A DNA stretch of 64,000 bases, taken from positions 1-64,000 of IMG/VR virus record IMGVR_UViG_3300033076_001139; one strand, given 5' to 3'. The notes under the pieces were generated by a model. The model did not search any database and was not told the DNA's origin. It was given only the letters and a program-made list of their open reading frames with translations. Below are positions 9,718 to 19,452 of the stretch, in pieces. The position numbers and the translations under genes were made by a program. This DNA comes from a virus (Duplodnaviria > Caudoviricetes). Each line of letters opens with the position of its first letter. Position 1 is the first letter of the stretch.

Positions 9718-10539
9718 ATGAACAACTTCGACGCGCAGATCATTGAAGTCCCTACGAAGGAAATTGTCATCGGCCGGACCTTCAAGAATATCCGCCGTTA
9801 CTTCGATGAAGAGAGCGTCCGCAACTTGGCGGAGAACATCCAGCAGAACGGCCTGATGAACCCAGTGGTCGTCATGCAGTCTGAGGATGACGATGGTTCC
9901 GTGTTTACGGAGCTGGTTGCTGGTGAGCGTCGCCTGCGCGCGATCACTTACATCCAAAACAATCTCGACTCCGAGTTCATGGAGAACGGGATTCCCTGCA
10001 TTCAGTACGTCGGCACCATCGTCGATGCGAAGTACGCCAACGCGAGCGAGAATATCGACCGCGAGGACGTTGACGATGTCGATGTCTCTTCTTGGCTCGC
10101 TGACCGTGCGCAGGAAGGTATCCCCCAGACGGAGCTTGCTGAGCGCCTTCACCGCTCCCCGCAGTGGGTCAACTTCCGCGTCACGTTCCACGAGCGTGCC
10201 TGTGATGAGCTTAAGGAAGCCGTGCGCGAGAAGATCCTCTCGTTCACCGCTGCCTACGAGCTTGCGAAGAATCTGACCCAGGACGAGCAGCGCAAGCGCA
10301 TCGCGAAGGCGCGCAAGTTCAACGAGAAGATCACGCTTGAGGAGGCACAGCGCGCTGACAAGCCCGAAGCCTCCCCTAAGCCCTCGAAGAAGGCCATCGA
10401 CAAGATGCTCGCCTTCGCTGAGCGCAACGGCACGGACTACGGCAGCGGCTTCTGCAACGCCCTGCGCTGGGTGCTTGGCACAATGACTGAGGAAGAGGTG
10501 AAGCACTTCCTTGAACTTGCTGCGCAGGGGCGTCTGTGA
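9718..10539 (+). CDS. ParB/Srx-like domain plus HTH protein
   Basis: LAENIQQNGLMNPVVV, LVAGERRLRA, ENIDRED, QTELAERLHRSPQWV. Confidence 0.9.
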   Translation: MNNFDAQIIEVPTKEIVIGRTFKNIRRYFDEESVRNLAENIQQNGLMNPVVVMQSEDDDGSVFTELVAGERRLRAITYIQNNLDSEFMENGIPCIQYVGTIVDAKYANASENIDREDVDDVDVSSWLADRAQEGIPQTELAERLHRSPQWVNFRVTFHERACDELKEAVREKILSFTAAYELAKNLTQDEQRKRIAKARKFNEKITLEEAQRADKPEASPKPSKKAIDKMLAFAERNGTDYGSGFCNALRWVLGTMTEEEVKHFLELAAQGRL

Positions 10540-10727
10540 TGCCCGAGGTAATGATTAGGGAGTTTGAGACTCTCTACGACATGATGAAGTCAGGCCCCAC
10601 GGCTCTCGGCTTTACAGCCGACGGTCGTGCGGTGATCTCCTACGTAGTTGTCGCCGATGGACAGGAGCCGGAGTTCATTCCTATTGGTGAACTCACGATG
10701 CCGCTCGGCAGACCGGTAGACGAGTAG
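10536..10727 (+). CDS. Hypothetical protein
   Basis: Coupled to ParB stop. Confidence 0.6.
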   Translation: MMPEVMIREFETLYDMMKSGPTALGFTADGRAVISYVVVADGQEPEFIPIGELTMPLGRPVDE

Positions 10728-10734
10728 AAGAACG

Positions 10735-10765
10735 GAACAGGCCCTTCGGGGCCTGTTCTTTTAGC
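10735..10765 (+). terminator. Intrinsic terminator
   Basis: GAACAGGCCC-TTCG-GGGCCTGTTC then TTTTAGC. Confidence 0.85.
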
Positions 10766-10959
10766 TAAAAGAAAGGCACCAGTATGAAACCTGGGGTGCC
10801 GCCAGTGGTCTATCGGGAGTGAAGACCCGCGCGCTTGTGCACGCCCCGTTCCCTTCCTAGGAACGAGTCACGAAGTTCATACTCTTCGTAATGAACGCAG
10901 GGAGAGAATGACTCACTGCCTTTCCTCTAACCCAGTGAGCTACTCAATCTCCCTGCGTT
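10762..10959 (-). ncRNA. Candidate structured ncRNA (~195 nt) with kissing loop
   Basis: Own promoter (CATAAG 10965-10970) and terminator tail; consecutive hairpins; complementary AGUAUGAA / UUCAUACU segments; no ORF of 60 aa or more. Confidence 0.65.
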
Positions 10960-10988
10960 AAAAACTTATGACCCACAAAATGAAGAAT

Positions 10989-11309
10989 TTATTTCATCAT
11001 CAACTTGGCAATGATCGTCGTCAGGACGGATACCGCGATGCTGATACCTCCCCCAAGTATCGCCAATTTCGTCTTGGCCTCGGCCTCCGTCGTCGCAATC
11101 TTCAGGGAGAGGCGTGAAACTTCCGTCTGTAGCGTCTCAAACGCCTGCTTCGACACCGTGGCCTGCGCCGCCTTAAGCTCTGCCTGATGGAATTCTGCGC
11201 GCAAGCGGCTCTGCTCCTGTTGGAGTGACTCTACTCGCGATGATAAGTTCCCTAGGTCAGACCGAATTAGAAACAGCAGTTCCCGCTCGGATAGATTGCT
11301 CGGATCCAT
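10989..11309 (-). CDS. Coiled-coil protein with C-terminal TM helix (XhlA/holin-like)
   Basis: Heptad-rich body, hydrophobic C-terminus. Confidence 0.6.
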   Translation of the reverse strand: MDPSNLSERELLFLIRSDLGNLSSRVESLQQEQSRLRAEFHQAELKAAQATVSKQAFETLQTEVSRLSLKIATTEAEAKTKLAILGGGISIAVSVLTTIIAKLMMK

Positions 11310-11411
11310 CTCGTTTAAGCCTCTCCGCTAGTTGTACCACCGGCCCTCCCGCAAGAGAAGGGTCGTTCAGTTTCATCCCCACATGCAGTATGATGGGGCG
11401 AGGAAAAGACC

Positions 11412-11837
11412 ATGGCGCAGCGTGTTTACCTCGAATCCATCAAACCCGGCCTAACGGCAACCGACCGTCGGCTGTTCTACGCTACGTCGTCTGCGGCCTC
11501 TGAGGTCGACGCAGGCACGTTCAGCGGCGATAGCCCTACCGCTGCGCCATCATTGTCGTCCGACGGATTTGTGACGCAGGGCGTCGAGGCTCTGCATTTC
11601 CTGTTCGACTTTGCCCCAGACACCTCATCGGGGAGCGAGTCCTCGGAAATCCAAATCTGGTGGTGGTCCTCGATTACCGGCAAGTGGCACGCGGGCGAGT
11701 CCCCCGTCTCGATCCTTACGGAAAGCACCGTGCTAACCGTAGAGTCGCTGGGTCTTGAGCGCGTGTACATCCAGGTCAAGAACCCCGTGGGCAATTTCGT
11801 ACTTACCGCTTGGGCGGCTCGGATCATTCCCACATGA
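11412..11837 (+). CDS. Hypothetical virion protein
   Basis: First gene of fibre cluster; GAGG RBS. Confidence 0.65.
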   Translation: MAQRVYLESIKPGLTATDRRLFYATSSAASEVDAGTFSGDSPTAAPSLSSDGFVTQGVEALHFLFDFAPDTSSGSESSEIQIWWWSSITGKWHAGESPVSILTESTVLTVESLGLERVYIQVKNPVGNFVLTAWAARIIPT

Positions 11838-12229
11838 GAATCTACTCCACTCGTCGTCGAGGTTCTGTAGTCGGCCTTGGCGCGCCTGTTGCGAACCTAG
11901 CGGCTCTTCGCAAGCTCTCGACGGCCGGCATCCTCGACAAGACGCTCGTCTACGTCGAGGATGAGGGAGCGATTTACGCGTATGACCGGCAGTCCTCCGC
12001 CGCTGAGAGCCTTCCTGATGTCGTCGCTCCCACAGCGGGAGCGGGCCGGTGGAATATCGTAGGTGGAGGAGGGGCTGCCCCTGTTACCGGCCTACATGTC
12101 CACAATAAGTACGCGGACGTCAGTGCCGTCGTAGGCCCGCGCCAACAAATCCTAATTTACGACGAGTACGAGATCGAGGCCGGCGTTACCGTCGAACTCC
12201 TCGATAATAGTGAACTCGTAATTCTCTGA
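11834..12229 (+). CDS. Tail fibre-associated protein
   Basis: LAALR..LVYVEDEGAIYAYD..VVAPTAGAGRW motif; ATGA overlap. Confidence 0.6.
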   Translation: MRIYSTRRRGSVVGLGAPVANLAALRKLSTAGILDKTLVYVEDEGAIYAYDRQSSAAESLPDVVAPTAGAGRWNIVGGGGAAPVTGLHVHNKYADVSAVVGPRQQILIYDEYEIEAGVTVELLDNSELVIL

Positions 12230-12236
12230 GGTTCCA

Positions 12237-13646
12237 ATGAGCAAGCTGATCCTTACTGAGCAAGGCTCAACGCCCACCACCCCGTCTTCTGGCAAGATGG
12301 CGATCTACGCCAAGTCGGACGGAAAGCCTTACGCCCTCAACGACTCCGGCGTGGAGTATGACCTTGCCACGTCTGCTGGCGGTGGCGAGGACCTCGCTAC
12401 TACGCTTGCCCTCGGCAATCTGACAGACGGCAGCGATATCGTACTGAGTGCGGGGGATGAGCTAGCCGGGGAGAGCGGTGTCGGCGTCGCAGGGGATATT
12501 ATTCTCCGGGCAGGCACAGATAGCTCTGCCGCCGTCGACGGAGGAAATATCGTCTTAATCCCAGGACAAGGAACAAACGCCGGCCATTTCATTCTTGAGT
12601 CTGCTGATGAAACCCACTTTGTAGACGTGGAAGTCACGGGCGCCGAGACACTCAGCGTAGGCACGACCTACCGACTGGAGTACGACGGCACAACGGGTAA
12701 GTTGACAGTTCCGGGAATCATCGACCCAATCGCTGTCATCTTTGAGCACGCCACTGCCCCTACAACTGGTTCCTCTGAGGGCGCGGTATTCGTGTCAGAC
12801 GGTACTGGAGGTCTGGCACTAGGGCATCTTTACTTCGTGCCACCAAGCTCCGGGTCGCCCGTTGACATCAGCAACCCCACAGTTGCAGCCGATACCCTAC
12901 AGGCCGCATACAATGCCGGCCACACAATTACGCTGGTAGACGCCGTCACTCCGGTTGAGATCACTGCCGGGGCACTTCCCTCCGCTACTACTTCGTTACT
13001 TGCATTCAAAAAGTCATCCGGCGATGGACTTGCATCCCTCAAGCACACGGCACCTACACGAGTACGCCTTGAGGGCGCAACCGGCGGTGCTGGCATCGAC
13101 GGAACTGGGATTGAAATTCAGGGAGGAGCCGGAGGTGCTGGCGTAGCGCAGGACGGCGGAGATGTGCGTTTCCGGCCGGGAGCAAAGACTGGCACGGGGA
13201 AAGATGGCCAGTTTGTGTTTTCTGACGCAGCAGGTTCGCAAGAGGTAGCTCTACTTTTTGATTCAGCGGCCCACTATCCTGGAACCTCCGTACTTCGCTC
13301 CCCAACCAGCGGCGGAGGGTCTCTTGGTGCGATGCTTGGTCCGGTAGTGCAGGTCATGCAGCCCCACGTCTTTAGTTCCGCGGGGGAACACTGGACAATC
13401 CCAAACCACGCTGGTTGCGTGTTGATTACCAGCACGTACGCCAACTGCGTACTCTACCTCCCCGCGTTCCCTGTGCTTGGCCAGTCTGTTGTGGTCAAGG
13501 ACATCACCGCTTCTGGGCGTGCCAGTTTCACAGTTACTCCATCCGGCGGCGCCACCATCGATGGCGCAGCGAGTAAGCCGGTAGGTCCAGCACCCTACCT
13601 GTCCTACACGTTCCTGTGGGACGGCATTAGCTGGTTCATCATCTAA
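12237..13646 (+). CDS. Putative tail fibre protein
   Basis: G/T/S-rich; PTTPSSGKMAIYAKSDGK N-terminus; LPA..VKD..TIDGA..WFII C-terminus. Confidence 0.7.
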   Translation: MSKLILTEQGSTPTTPSSGKMAIYAKSDGKPYALNDSGVEYDLATSAGGGEDLATTLALGNLTDGSDIVLSAGDELAGESGVGVAGDIILRAGTDSSAAVDGGNIVLIPGQGTNAGHFILESADETHFVDVEVTGAETLSVGTTYRLEYDGTTGKLTVPGIIDPIAVIFEHATAPTTGSSEGAVFVSDGTGGLALGHLYFVPPSSGSPVDISNPTVAADTLQAAYNAGHTITLVDAVTPVEITAGALPSATTSLLAFKKSSGDGLASLKHTAPTRVRLEGATGGAGIDGTGIEIQGGAGGAGVAQDGGDVRFRPGAKTGTGKDGQFVFSDAAGSQEVALLFDSAAHYPGTSVLRSPTSGGGSLGAMLGPVVQVMQPHVFSSAGEHWTIPNHAGCVLITSTYANCVLYLPAFPVLGQSVVVKDITASGRASFTVTPSGGATIDGAASKPVGPAPYLSYTFLWDGISWFII

Positions 13647-13656
13647 GGAGTTTACG

Positions 13657-15135
13657 ATGTCCTACAGCATTCCTGATGGTTCCCAGCTTCTGGCACCCAG
13701 CGTAAAAATGACCTCTCCGGGGGGAGGGTCAGCCTCGCTGCTTCCGGACGCCCTTTCTGCGCTAAACCTAGATTTTTACCTCCCTAATGGCTATGGAACA
13801 TCGGGGCACGCGCTAGTAACCGACGGCGTTGGAAATATGTCGTGGGTTGACCTCATCGATGCTTTTGCTGACGATGCAGAAGTAGCCACGAATGTTTCCT
13901 CAAACGGAAATGTCAAACTAGGTGTTTCTGCTGGCACGCAGCAGGTCATCAAAGGCGACGGTACTTATCACGTTAGCAATAATGGCAACAAGTACTTGAC
14001 CTTTGACCCCGGAACGCAGAAGTTCGACTTCGGGTCTTCTACCTACTCGCTGAACTCGTGGAATGTCTACGCCACATCTGCCAAGTGGTTTCTGGGAGCA
14101 TCCGCAGGTGCAAATGCGGTAGATGTGCGGAACTCAGGCGACACCAACAGCTACCTAAACCTGAACGTCACAGCTGGCGTTGAGGCGTTCACCGTCGGAT
14201 CCTCGTCTACTCCCGTTAACCACACCAAGTACACACTGTCGGACCAGACAATCCTAGGTGCTGCCGCAGCTGCCCACGCTTGGAGCGTAAAGAACGGGAG
14301 TACCTACTACCTAGATCTCGATGTGACTTCTGGCAACACGGGATTTGTTCTAGGCCAGGCCTCGTCTCCTCTAGGTAAGGTCCAGAGCTATACACTACAG
14401 GATCAGACGATCCTAGGAGCGGCGGCCGCGGCCCATGCCTGGAGCGTGAAAAACGCGACAGACTACTATCTAGACCTTGACGCAACCCTAGGCGGCGAGT
14501 CGCTGCAAGTCGGCACAGCCACACTTCCCGTGAAGACTACGGTCTATGGAAACCTGGCCGCATTGACCGCTGCCAACTCAAAGCCCCCTCGTCTCGGGAT
14601 CGGGTCAGGTACCGAGGTTTTGCGCGTTGGAGGTAACCTACAGGCCCTCCCCACGGTTCCTCCGGATTTCGTCATTACAAACGGCGCCGAGACTGTCATG
14701 ATCTCGGAGGCTGTAAATGCCAACTTTCTCAATGAAGCCGGCACACAGGTACGCGTACGCTTTGCGGCAAAAGACGTGGGTACTGGGAATAACTGCCAAT
14801 TCAAATTTAGACTAAAGTACGACACAACCCTTCTTATGGAAAGCGCCGTTTACACCTCGTTTGCAAACGGGTTTACCATGGGGGAGTTCGTTGTGCAGAT
14901 TGTGACAAATGGCGCAAACCCAACGCGCAATGTCATAGCTTCTTGGTCGGGCACGCGGCAGTCCAATTCCTTCCAACAAAGCGCGTTTGTAACCCTAAAT
15001 CCCATCACTGCGATAGACTTTACGGTTTTGAAAAACCTGCAACTCTCTGTGGTTGGTGTTGCGAACAACAACGACACACAACAGTTGATCCAGTGCTCAA
15101 TGGATGTGATCCTGCCAGAGACAGTGAGCGCGTAA
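13657..15135 (+). CDS. Putative tail fibre protein with internal 53-aa repeat
   Basis: LPNGYGTSGHALVTDGVGNMSW; QTILGAAAAAHAWSVKN twice. Confidence 0.7.
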   Translation: MSYSIPDGSQLLAPSVKMTSPGGGSASLLPDALSALNLDFYLPNGYGTSGHALVTDGVGNMSWVDLIDAFADDAEVATNVSSNGNVKLGVSAGTQQVIKGDGTYHVSNNGNKYLTFDPGTQKFDFGSSTYSLNSWNVYATSAKWFLGASAGANAVDVRNSGDTNSYLNLNVTAGVEAFTVGSSSTPVNHTKYTLSDQTILGAAAAAHAWSVKNGSTYYLDLDVTSGNTGFVLGQASSPLGKVQSYTLQDQTILGAAAAAHAWSVKNATDYYLDLDATLGGESLQVGTATLPVKTTVYGNLAALTAANSKPPRLGIGSGTEVLRVGGNLQALPTVPPDFVITNGAETVMISEAVNANFLNEAGTQVRVRFAAKDVGTGNNCQFKFRLKYDTTLLMESAVYTSFANGFTMGEFVVQIVTNGANPTRNVIASWSGTRQSNSFQQSAFVTLNPITAIDFTVLKNLQLSVVGVANNNDTQQLIQCSMDVILPETVSA

Positions 15136-15144
15136 TCACAGACC

Positions 15145-15177
15145 TAAAAAACGGCTCCCTATTCGGGGAGCCGTTTT
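15145..15177. terminator. Bidirectional terminator
   Basis: AAAACGGCTCCC...GGGAGCCGTTTT between convergent genes. Confidence 0.8.
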
Positions 15178-15178
15178 A

Positions 15179-15673
15179 CTAGTTGACCATTTGATCCGCA
15201 GTGGGGGTCTCCACCTCGCCGAGCTTTCCCTCTTCTATTTTTGGGATGAAGAGCATCTGGGGTGCCCCATCGCCGCCAGGGATACGAAGGGTCAGAAGGA
15301 CGCCCTCCCGCGCGCCATCCATATCCTTGACCTTCTTGGCGTCGTCTATTGCCTTTTTGACCTCATTCTCGCCCGTCATGATTGCGACCGTTGCTTCACA
15401 AATGATGGCGTAGAACTCCGCCTTCTCTCCGTCGGAGAGGGCGGTCATTGCCGCCCCCCACATCGGCGGAGGCAGCAAATCCAGGTCGGGAACCACGGAG
15501 ACTCCGCCATCGGGCTTGAAGACAAACCCGACAGGCGGGTGGACGTTAGCCGTTTCCCAGAACTCTTTGGCGTACTCTGCCAACTTGAGCATGTACTCCT
15601 GGGCCGCAGCCTCGCGAAGGACTGAGGACTTCGGAGCCTCGTCCCACCACCGCCATACCTTTTCAACGGGCAT
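15179..15673 (-). CDS. Hypothetical protein
   Basis: AGGAG RBS. Confidence 0.65.
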   Translation of the reverse strand: MPVEKVWRWWDEAPKSSVLREAAAQEYMLKLAEYAKEFWETANVHPPVGFVFKPDGGVSVVPDLDLLPPPMWGAAMTALSDGEKAEFYAIICEATVAIMTGENEVKKAIDDAKKVKDMDGAREGVLLTLRIPGGDGAPQMLFIPKIEEGKLGEVETPTADQMVN

Positions 15674-15884
15674 TGCGCTTCTCCTTTTCCGTCACGATGA
15701 CGGCTCGAACTGTGTTGGTCTTGTGGTTACAGCGCACCACAAGGCGGGAATTTTCGGGAACAGGAACTCCGACACTCTGCCAATGCTTCATCAAAACTGC
15801 GCGCAACTCTTCGTGTTCTAGAAGTAGTTCCATGCAGTTTCTTATGACTAAAAGGAAAGCCGCCTTGCGGCGGCTTGCTGTCAC
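15663..15884 (-). CDS. Hypothetical protein
   Basis: GTGA overlap with infA. Confidence 0.55.
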   Translation of the reverse strand: MTASRRKAAFLLVIRNCMELLLEHEELRAVLMKHWQSVGVPVPENSRLVVRCNHKTNTVRAVIVTEKEKRNAR

Positions 15885-16099
15885 TTGTGTCGGAACATGA
15901 TCCTACCCTTGGCAAGATCGTAGGGAGTAATTCCCACTGTCACCGAGTCACCCAAGACGACTCTGATCTTGTGCTGTCTCATTTTTCCGCTGAGGTACGC
16001 TTGGATTTTACGTCCGTTTTCTAGAGATACCTCAAAAACTCCGCCAGGATAAACGTCCGAGACAGTCCCTAGCATTTCAATCAGGTCGTCAGTCGCCAT
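15881..16099 (-). CDS. infA: Translation initiation factor IF-1
   Basis: 72 aa; IEMLGTV...AYLSGKMRQHKIRVVLGDSVTVGITPYDLAKGRIMFR. Confidence 0.95.
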   Translation of the reverse strand: MATDDLIEMLGTVSDVYPGGVFEVSLENGRKIQAYLSGKMRQHKIRVVLGDSVTVGITPYDLAKGRIMFRHK

Positions 16100-16782
16100 T
16101 AGGCATGTGCTCCGATGAGTACCTTACGGCCGTCCGTAAGAAAGTGGTTGCTAACCCGGCATACGCCAAGAGCATCAACGAACGGAAGGTAGTCATTGGC
16201 CAGCTCCTTTGGCACAAGACAAACCCAGTCTTCGTCTCCGCCGTGATCCGAGAACGCACGAAGTTCACCTGGTGCATCAACCCACGCCCAGATGCGGATC
16301 GACGCATCGGGCAGGGGTACATCAGGCCCAGACCAACGCCAGCGTGTCACGCGCTTTGCCTTATACGCATCGTGTGCTGGGTAGGGGATGCGATTTGGAA
16401 TCCATGCGGAAACCCCATCCGTGTAGTGGTGCATCGACGCTTCGCTGGTCGTACCATCTTCCCACTCGCAAACAACGACACTAGAGGGCAGGTACCCGTC
16501 AGGTGCCCCGTCATTCCAGATCGTACGTTCCTTTGAGGTCGAGTAGGCGCGCAGAGCCGTAGTGACCCGCTGAATAGCATCCTGCGTCCTGCGTAGGGGC
16601 GTGCTGAGAAGAGCGTGTACTTCTCGTGCCAGCGCATCGGCTGCGGCGATCTTCCTGCAAAGTTTGAGGTAGTCTGAGAGAGTTTCTTTCTCAAAGTCCG
16701 TCAAAGTGCTTTCCTTACGCTCTGCTAGCCTTTCCAGCTGATCCACTCGGCGCCCCCAGATTCGATAGTTGTGCGCGATCAA
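16099..16782 (-). CDS. Hypothetical protein
   Basis: TAATG coupling to infA. Confidence 0.55.
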   Translation of the reverse strand: MIAHNYRIWGRRVDQLERLAERKESTLTDFEKETLSDYLKLCRKIAAADALAREVHALLSTPLRRTQDAIQRVTTALRAYSTSKERTIWNDGAPDGYLPSSVVVCEWEDGTTSEASMHHYTDGVSAWIPNRIPYPAHDAYKAKRVTRWRWSGPDVPLPDASIRIWAWVDAPGELRAFSDHGGDEDWVCLVPKELANDYLPFVDALGVCRVSNHFLTDGRKVLIGAHA

Positions 16783-17028
16783 TATTCAGTCCAGAATTCG
16801 GCAACAACTTCAACTTCGTCAATTCTGCATCTTTCTTTCGCAGAAGGTACTGGAGCCGCTCGACCTCGTTGCAGAGGTTTTCGATCATGTACGCGTGGTC
16901 CTCATGGATCAGGTCGTAGGCCGTCGAGGTACGAACGAACTCGGAAAGGCGTCGGCGGTAGTGCGTGGTGTTCATGTCTGGTCCTAAAAAGATGGGGCGG
17001 CCCGAAGACCGCCCCACCCTCTTATGGA

Positions 17029-19440
17029 CTACTCGGCAAGAGCGCGAGCAGCTTCCACACCCTTCTCAGTAGAGAAGTACACGACCTCGGGGAACGCCCC
17101 GATGACGATGCCATCTCGCACAAAGAAGGTCCCTTCCATTTGCTTCTTCTCAACGTCGATACCAGGGAAGCGAGTCTTCAGGGCTTCCGCATCGAGCACC
17201 TCCACGTCCCACCCATCAGGGATGAGGCCGGTCGCGCCGATGTAGAACGCGAGAGGACGGATTTCCTCCCACGCACCTTCCAACTCTTCCTCGCACTGCT
17301 TGAGTGCGTTTGCCAGGTCCTCCTGGCTGCTCGCGACGTGCAGACCGTTGAGGCCTTCCTTGAGAAGGAACTTCTCAAAGAGAGGCATCATCAGCTCGTC
17401 GATGGGATTGAGCTTCGTACGCGCAGAGAGCGCCTTCACACTGATCGTCGCACCGGCCAGCTCGTTCAGCTTGGGCTTCTTGAGGAAGCCCTCCTTGTCC
17501 ACTTCGGCCTCGGATCCCTCGGCGGGCTTCACAGAGAAGCGACGCGCGAAGTACTCGTTGGCCGAGTAGAGAGCCGAGGGGCTGACCATTCGCTCGTCAC
17601 CAACCGTGACCTTGTACGACGTACGAGAGTCCACCTCACCCGCGCTGATGGCAGCGTTGAGGTCAGTGTACGGGTTCGTCGTGCTCGGGTTGTAGTTGAG
17701 CGACGCGCTGAGGTCGTAGGACTTCAGCTCCTCAAGCTGCTGAGCCGTCCACTCTTCTACCGTCGCAACACCGCCAAGGGCAGCCTTGAGGATGTTGCGC
17801 TCGGTCATGAGCTGCACCAGCCGGTCGAACGCCTCCTTCTTCGGGATGTCGAAGGACTTCCCAAAATCGCAGGCAGGAAGCTCGGAGAGCTGGATCTCGT
17901 AGGTGTTCCGGTAATCGAAATCCCCAGAGACCAGGTTTCCCTTCTCCAGTGCGGCGAACAGCTTGCGGTTGCTGATGTTGAGCGGCAGCACCTTTGCGTT
18001 GATCTCGCCATCGCTGACGAGCGTGTAGGACTGGATGCTACGAACATCCAGCTTCTTCCCTGCCACGACCGTCACCTTCTCGCCGTCCTTGTAGAGTTCG
18101 GCAGGACGGTTGACGCCCATGTTGATCGTCGCGTTGGCGTTGCTCAGCTCGAACCCGCTGATGCTCACATTCGTGAAGTCATCGGTGGGCTTGAGCTTTG
18201 TGGTGCTCGCAACGAACTTACCCTCAACCCAAGAGCCGTTGAGGCGCTTCACGCCGCGACGAGAGTAGCCGTCGAGGAACTTCGCCATGTCCACGGTGAA
18301 GTCTTTGCGGTACTTCTCAAGCGTCTGGCACAGCTCCAGCACGCTCATCTTTTCCGTGGCGAGACCGGGCTTGTCGGCACGAACGTAGGTGGCGAGGTCG
18401 CCAGCAACGCGCGTGTCGAGATCCGCCGCGAGCGCGGAGAGGGCCACCGGCGTAAGAGCCTTGTAGTGCATCTTGAGCAGCTCGCTGTCGCGAGTCCCAC
18501 AAAGCGCGAACTTGGCGTCGTTGATCTTGCCCTCAGCCAGCTTTGCACGGGCAAACGCGAATACACCCACGAGCGCGTCGCCGTCTGCCTCGGCCCGGCT
18601 GTCCTTCTCCCAACGCTCCTGCGTCACCTTGCGGTAGCGGAAAAGCTTCGTGTTGTCCTCGGGGCCGACGCCCTTCACCTGAAAGTCCGTCGTGCTGCCA
18701 TTGACCTTCTTCTGGCTGATGTTGAGGCAGGCCAGAAAATCAGCATCGTCCTTGCTGATGTGGATGGCGGGAAGAACACGACCAGCCAGCAGCGCGGAGG
18801 TGCTGTGCAGGGCCTCGTACACCTGCTTGACGTTCTGCGCGATGATGCACTTGCCCGACAACGAAGAGGCAATGCGGTCCAGGATCTTGAAGTCCGTCCA
18901 GTTCCCGTAGGAGATGGTGTTGACGAAGACGTTGTTCATCTTCGTGACCTTGTTGATCCACTTGTCAACCGCCTTGGCTTCCGCGCCGGGCGAGCTGTCG
19001 TTGAAGTAGCCATCCGTGTGGATGCTGATGGCCGTCGTCTCAGGGCCCTGAACGTGGTTCAGTGCTTCCTCAAGGGCACCCGAAACGGACGTGAGGCACG
19101 TCGCCTGGATGTTGCGGATCTGGGCCACGTAGCCCTGCTTTGGGTCAAGGACATCGCTGACCGCCGTGCGCGCGAAGTGCACGGTGTAGTCGCCCTTCGA
19201 CGAGTAGGAGATGAGGGTGAGGAGCAGGCCCGAAGAGGTGAACTCCTCGACCGTCATCACCTTCTCCACCATCGTCTTCGTATCATTCATCACGCCGTAC
19301 ATGGAGCCGGAGCGATCCACGATGACAATGTGATGGGAGACAGTCGGCTCCAACTTGGGCTTCGGAACTTCCACTTCGTCGAGGAAGTACCAGTCACGAG
19401 GGGCGCCGTCGAAACCGTAGAGTGCGAATTTTGCTTGCAT
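17029..19440 (-). CDS. Large protein with N-terminal VWA domain
   Basis: DRSGSM...T...HTDG MIDAS; strong codon bias. Confidence 0.85.
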   Translation of the reverse strand: MQAKFALYGFDGAPRDWYFLDEVEVPKPKLEPTVSHHIVIVDRSGSMYGVMNDTKTMVEKVMTVEEFTSSGLLLTLISYSSKGDYTVHFARTAVSDVLDPKQGYVAQIRNIQATCLTSVSGALEEALNHVQGPETTAISIHTDGYFNDSSPGAEAKAVDKWINKVTKMNNVFVNTISYGNWTDFKILDRIASSLSGKCIIAQNVKQVYEALHSTSALLAGRVLPAIHISKDDADFLACLNISQKKVNGSTTDFQVKGVGPEDNTKLFRYRKVTQERWEKDSRAEADGDALVGVFAFARAKLAEGKINDAKFALCGTRDSELLKMHYKALTPVALSALAADLDTRVAGDLATYVRADKPGLATEKMSVLELCQTLEKYRKDFTVDMAKFLDGYSRRGVKRLNGSWVEGKFVASTTKLKPTDDFTNVSISGFELSNANATINMGVNRPAELYKDGEKVTVVAGKKLDVRSIQSYTLVSDGEINAKVLPLNISNRKLFAALEKGNLVSGDFDYRNTYEIQLSELPACDFGKSFDIPKKEAFDRLVQLMTERNILKAALGGVATVEEWTAQQLEELKSYDLSASLNYNPSTTNPYTDLNAAISAGEVDSRTSYKVTVGDERMVSPSALYSANEYFARRFSVKPAEGSEAEVDKEGFLKKPKLNELAGATISVKALSARTKLNPIDELMMPLFEKFLLKEGLNGLHVASSQEDLANALKQCEEELEGAWEEIRPLAFYIGATGLIPDGWDVEVLDAEALKTRFPGIDVEKKQMEGTFFVRDGIVIGAFPEVVYFSTEKGVEAARALAE

Positions 19441-19452
19441 GTTTGATACCTT

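Noticed and set aside
16771-19446. 891-aa plus-strand ORF and similar long antisense ORFs (199-969, 7925-8734, 23163-24068, 55797-57023, 60272-61117)
   Set aside because: Shadows of real genes caused by high GC3 bias; no RBS or motifs
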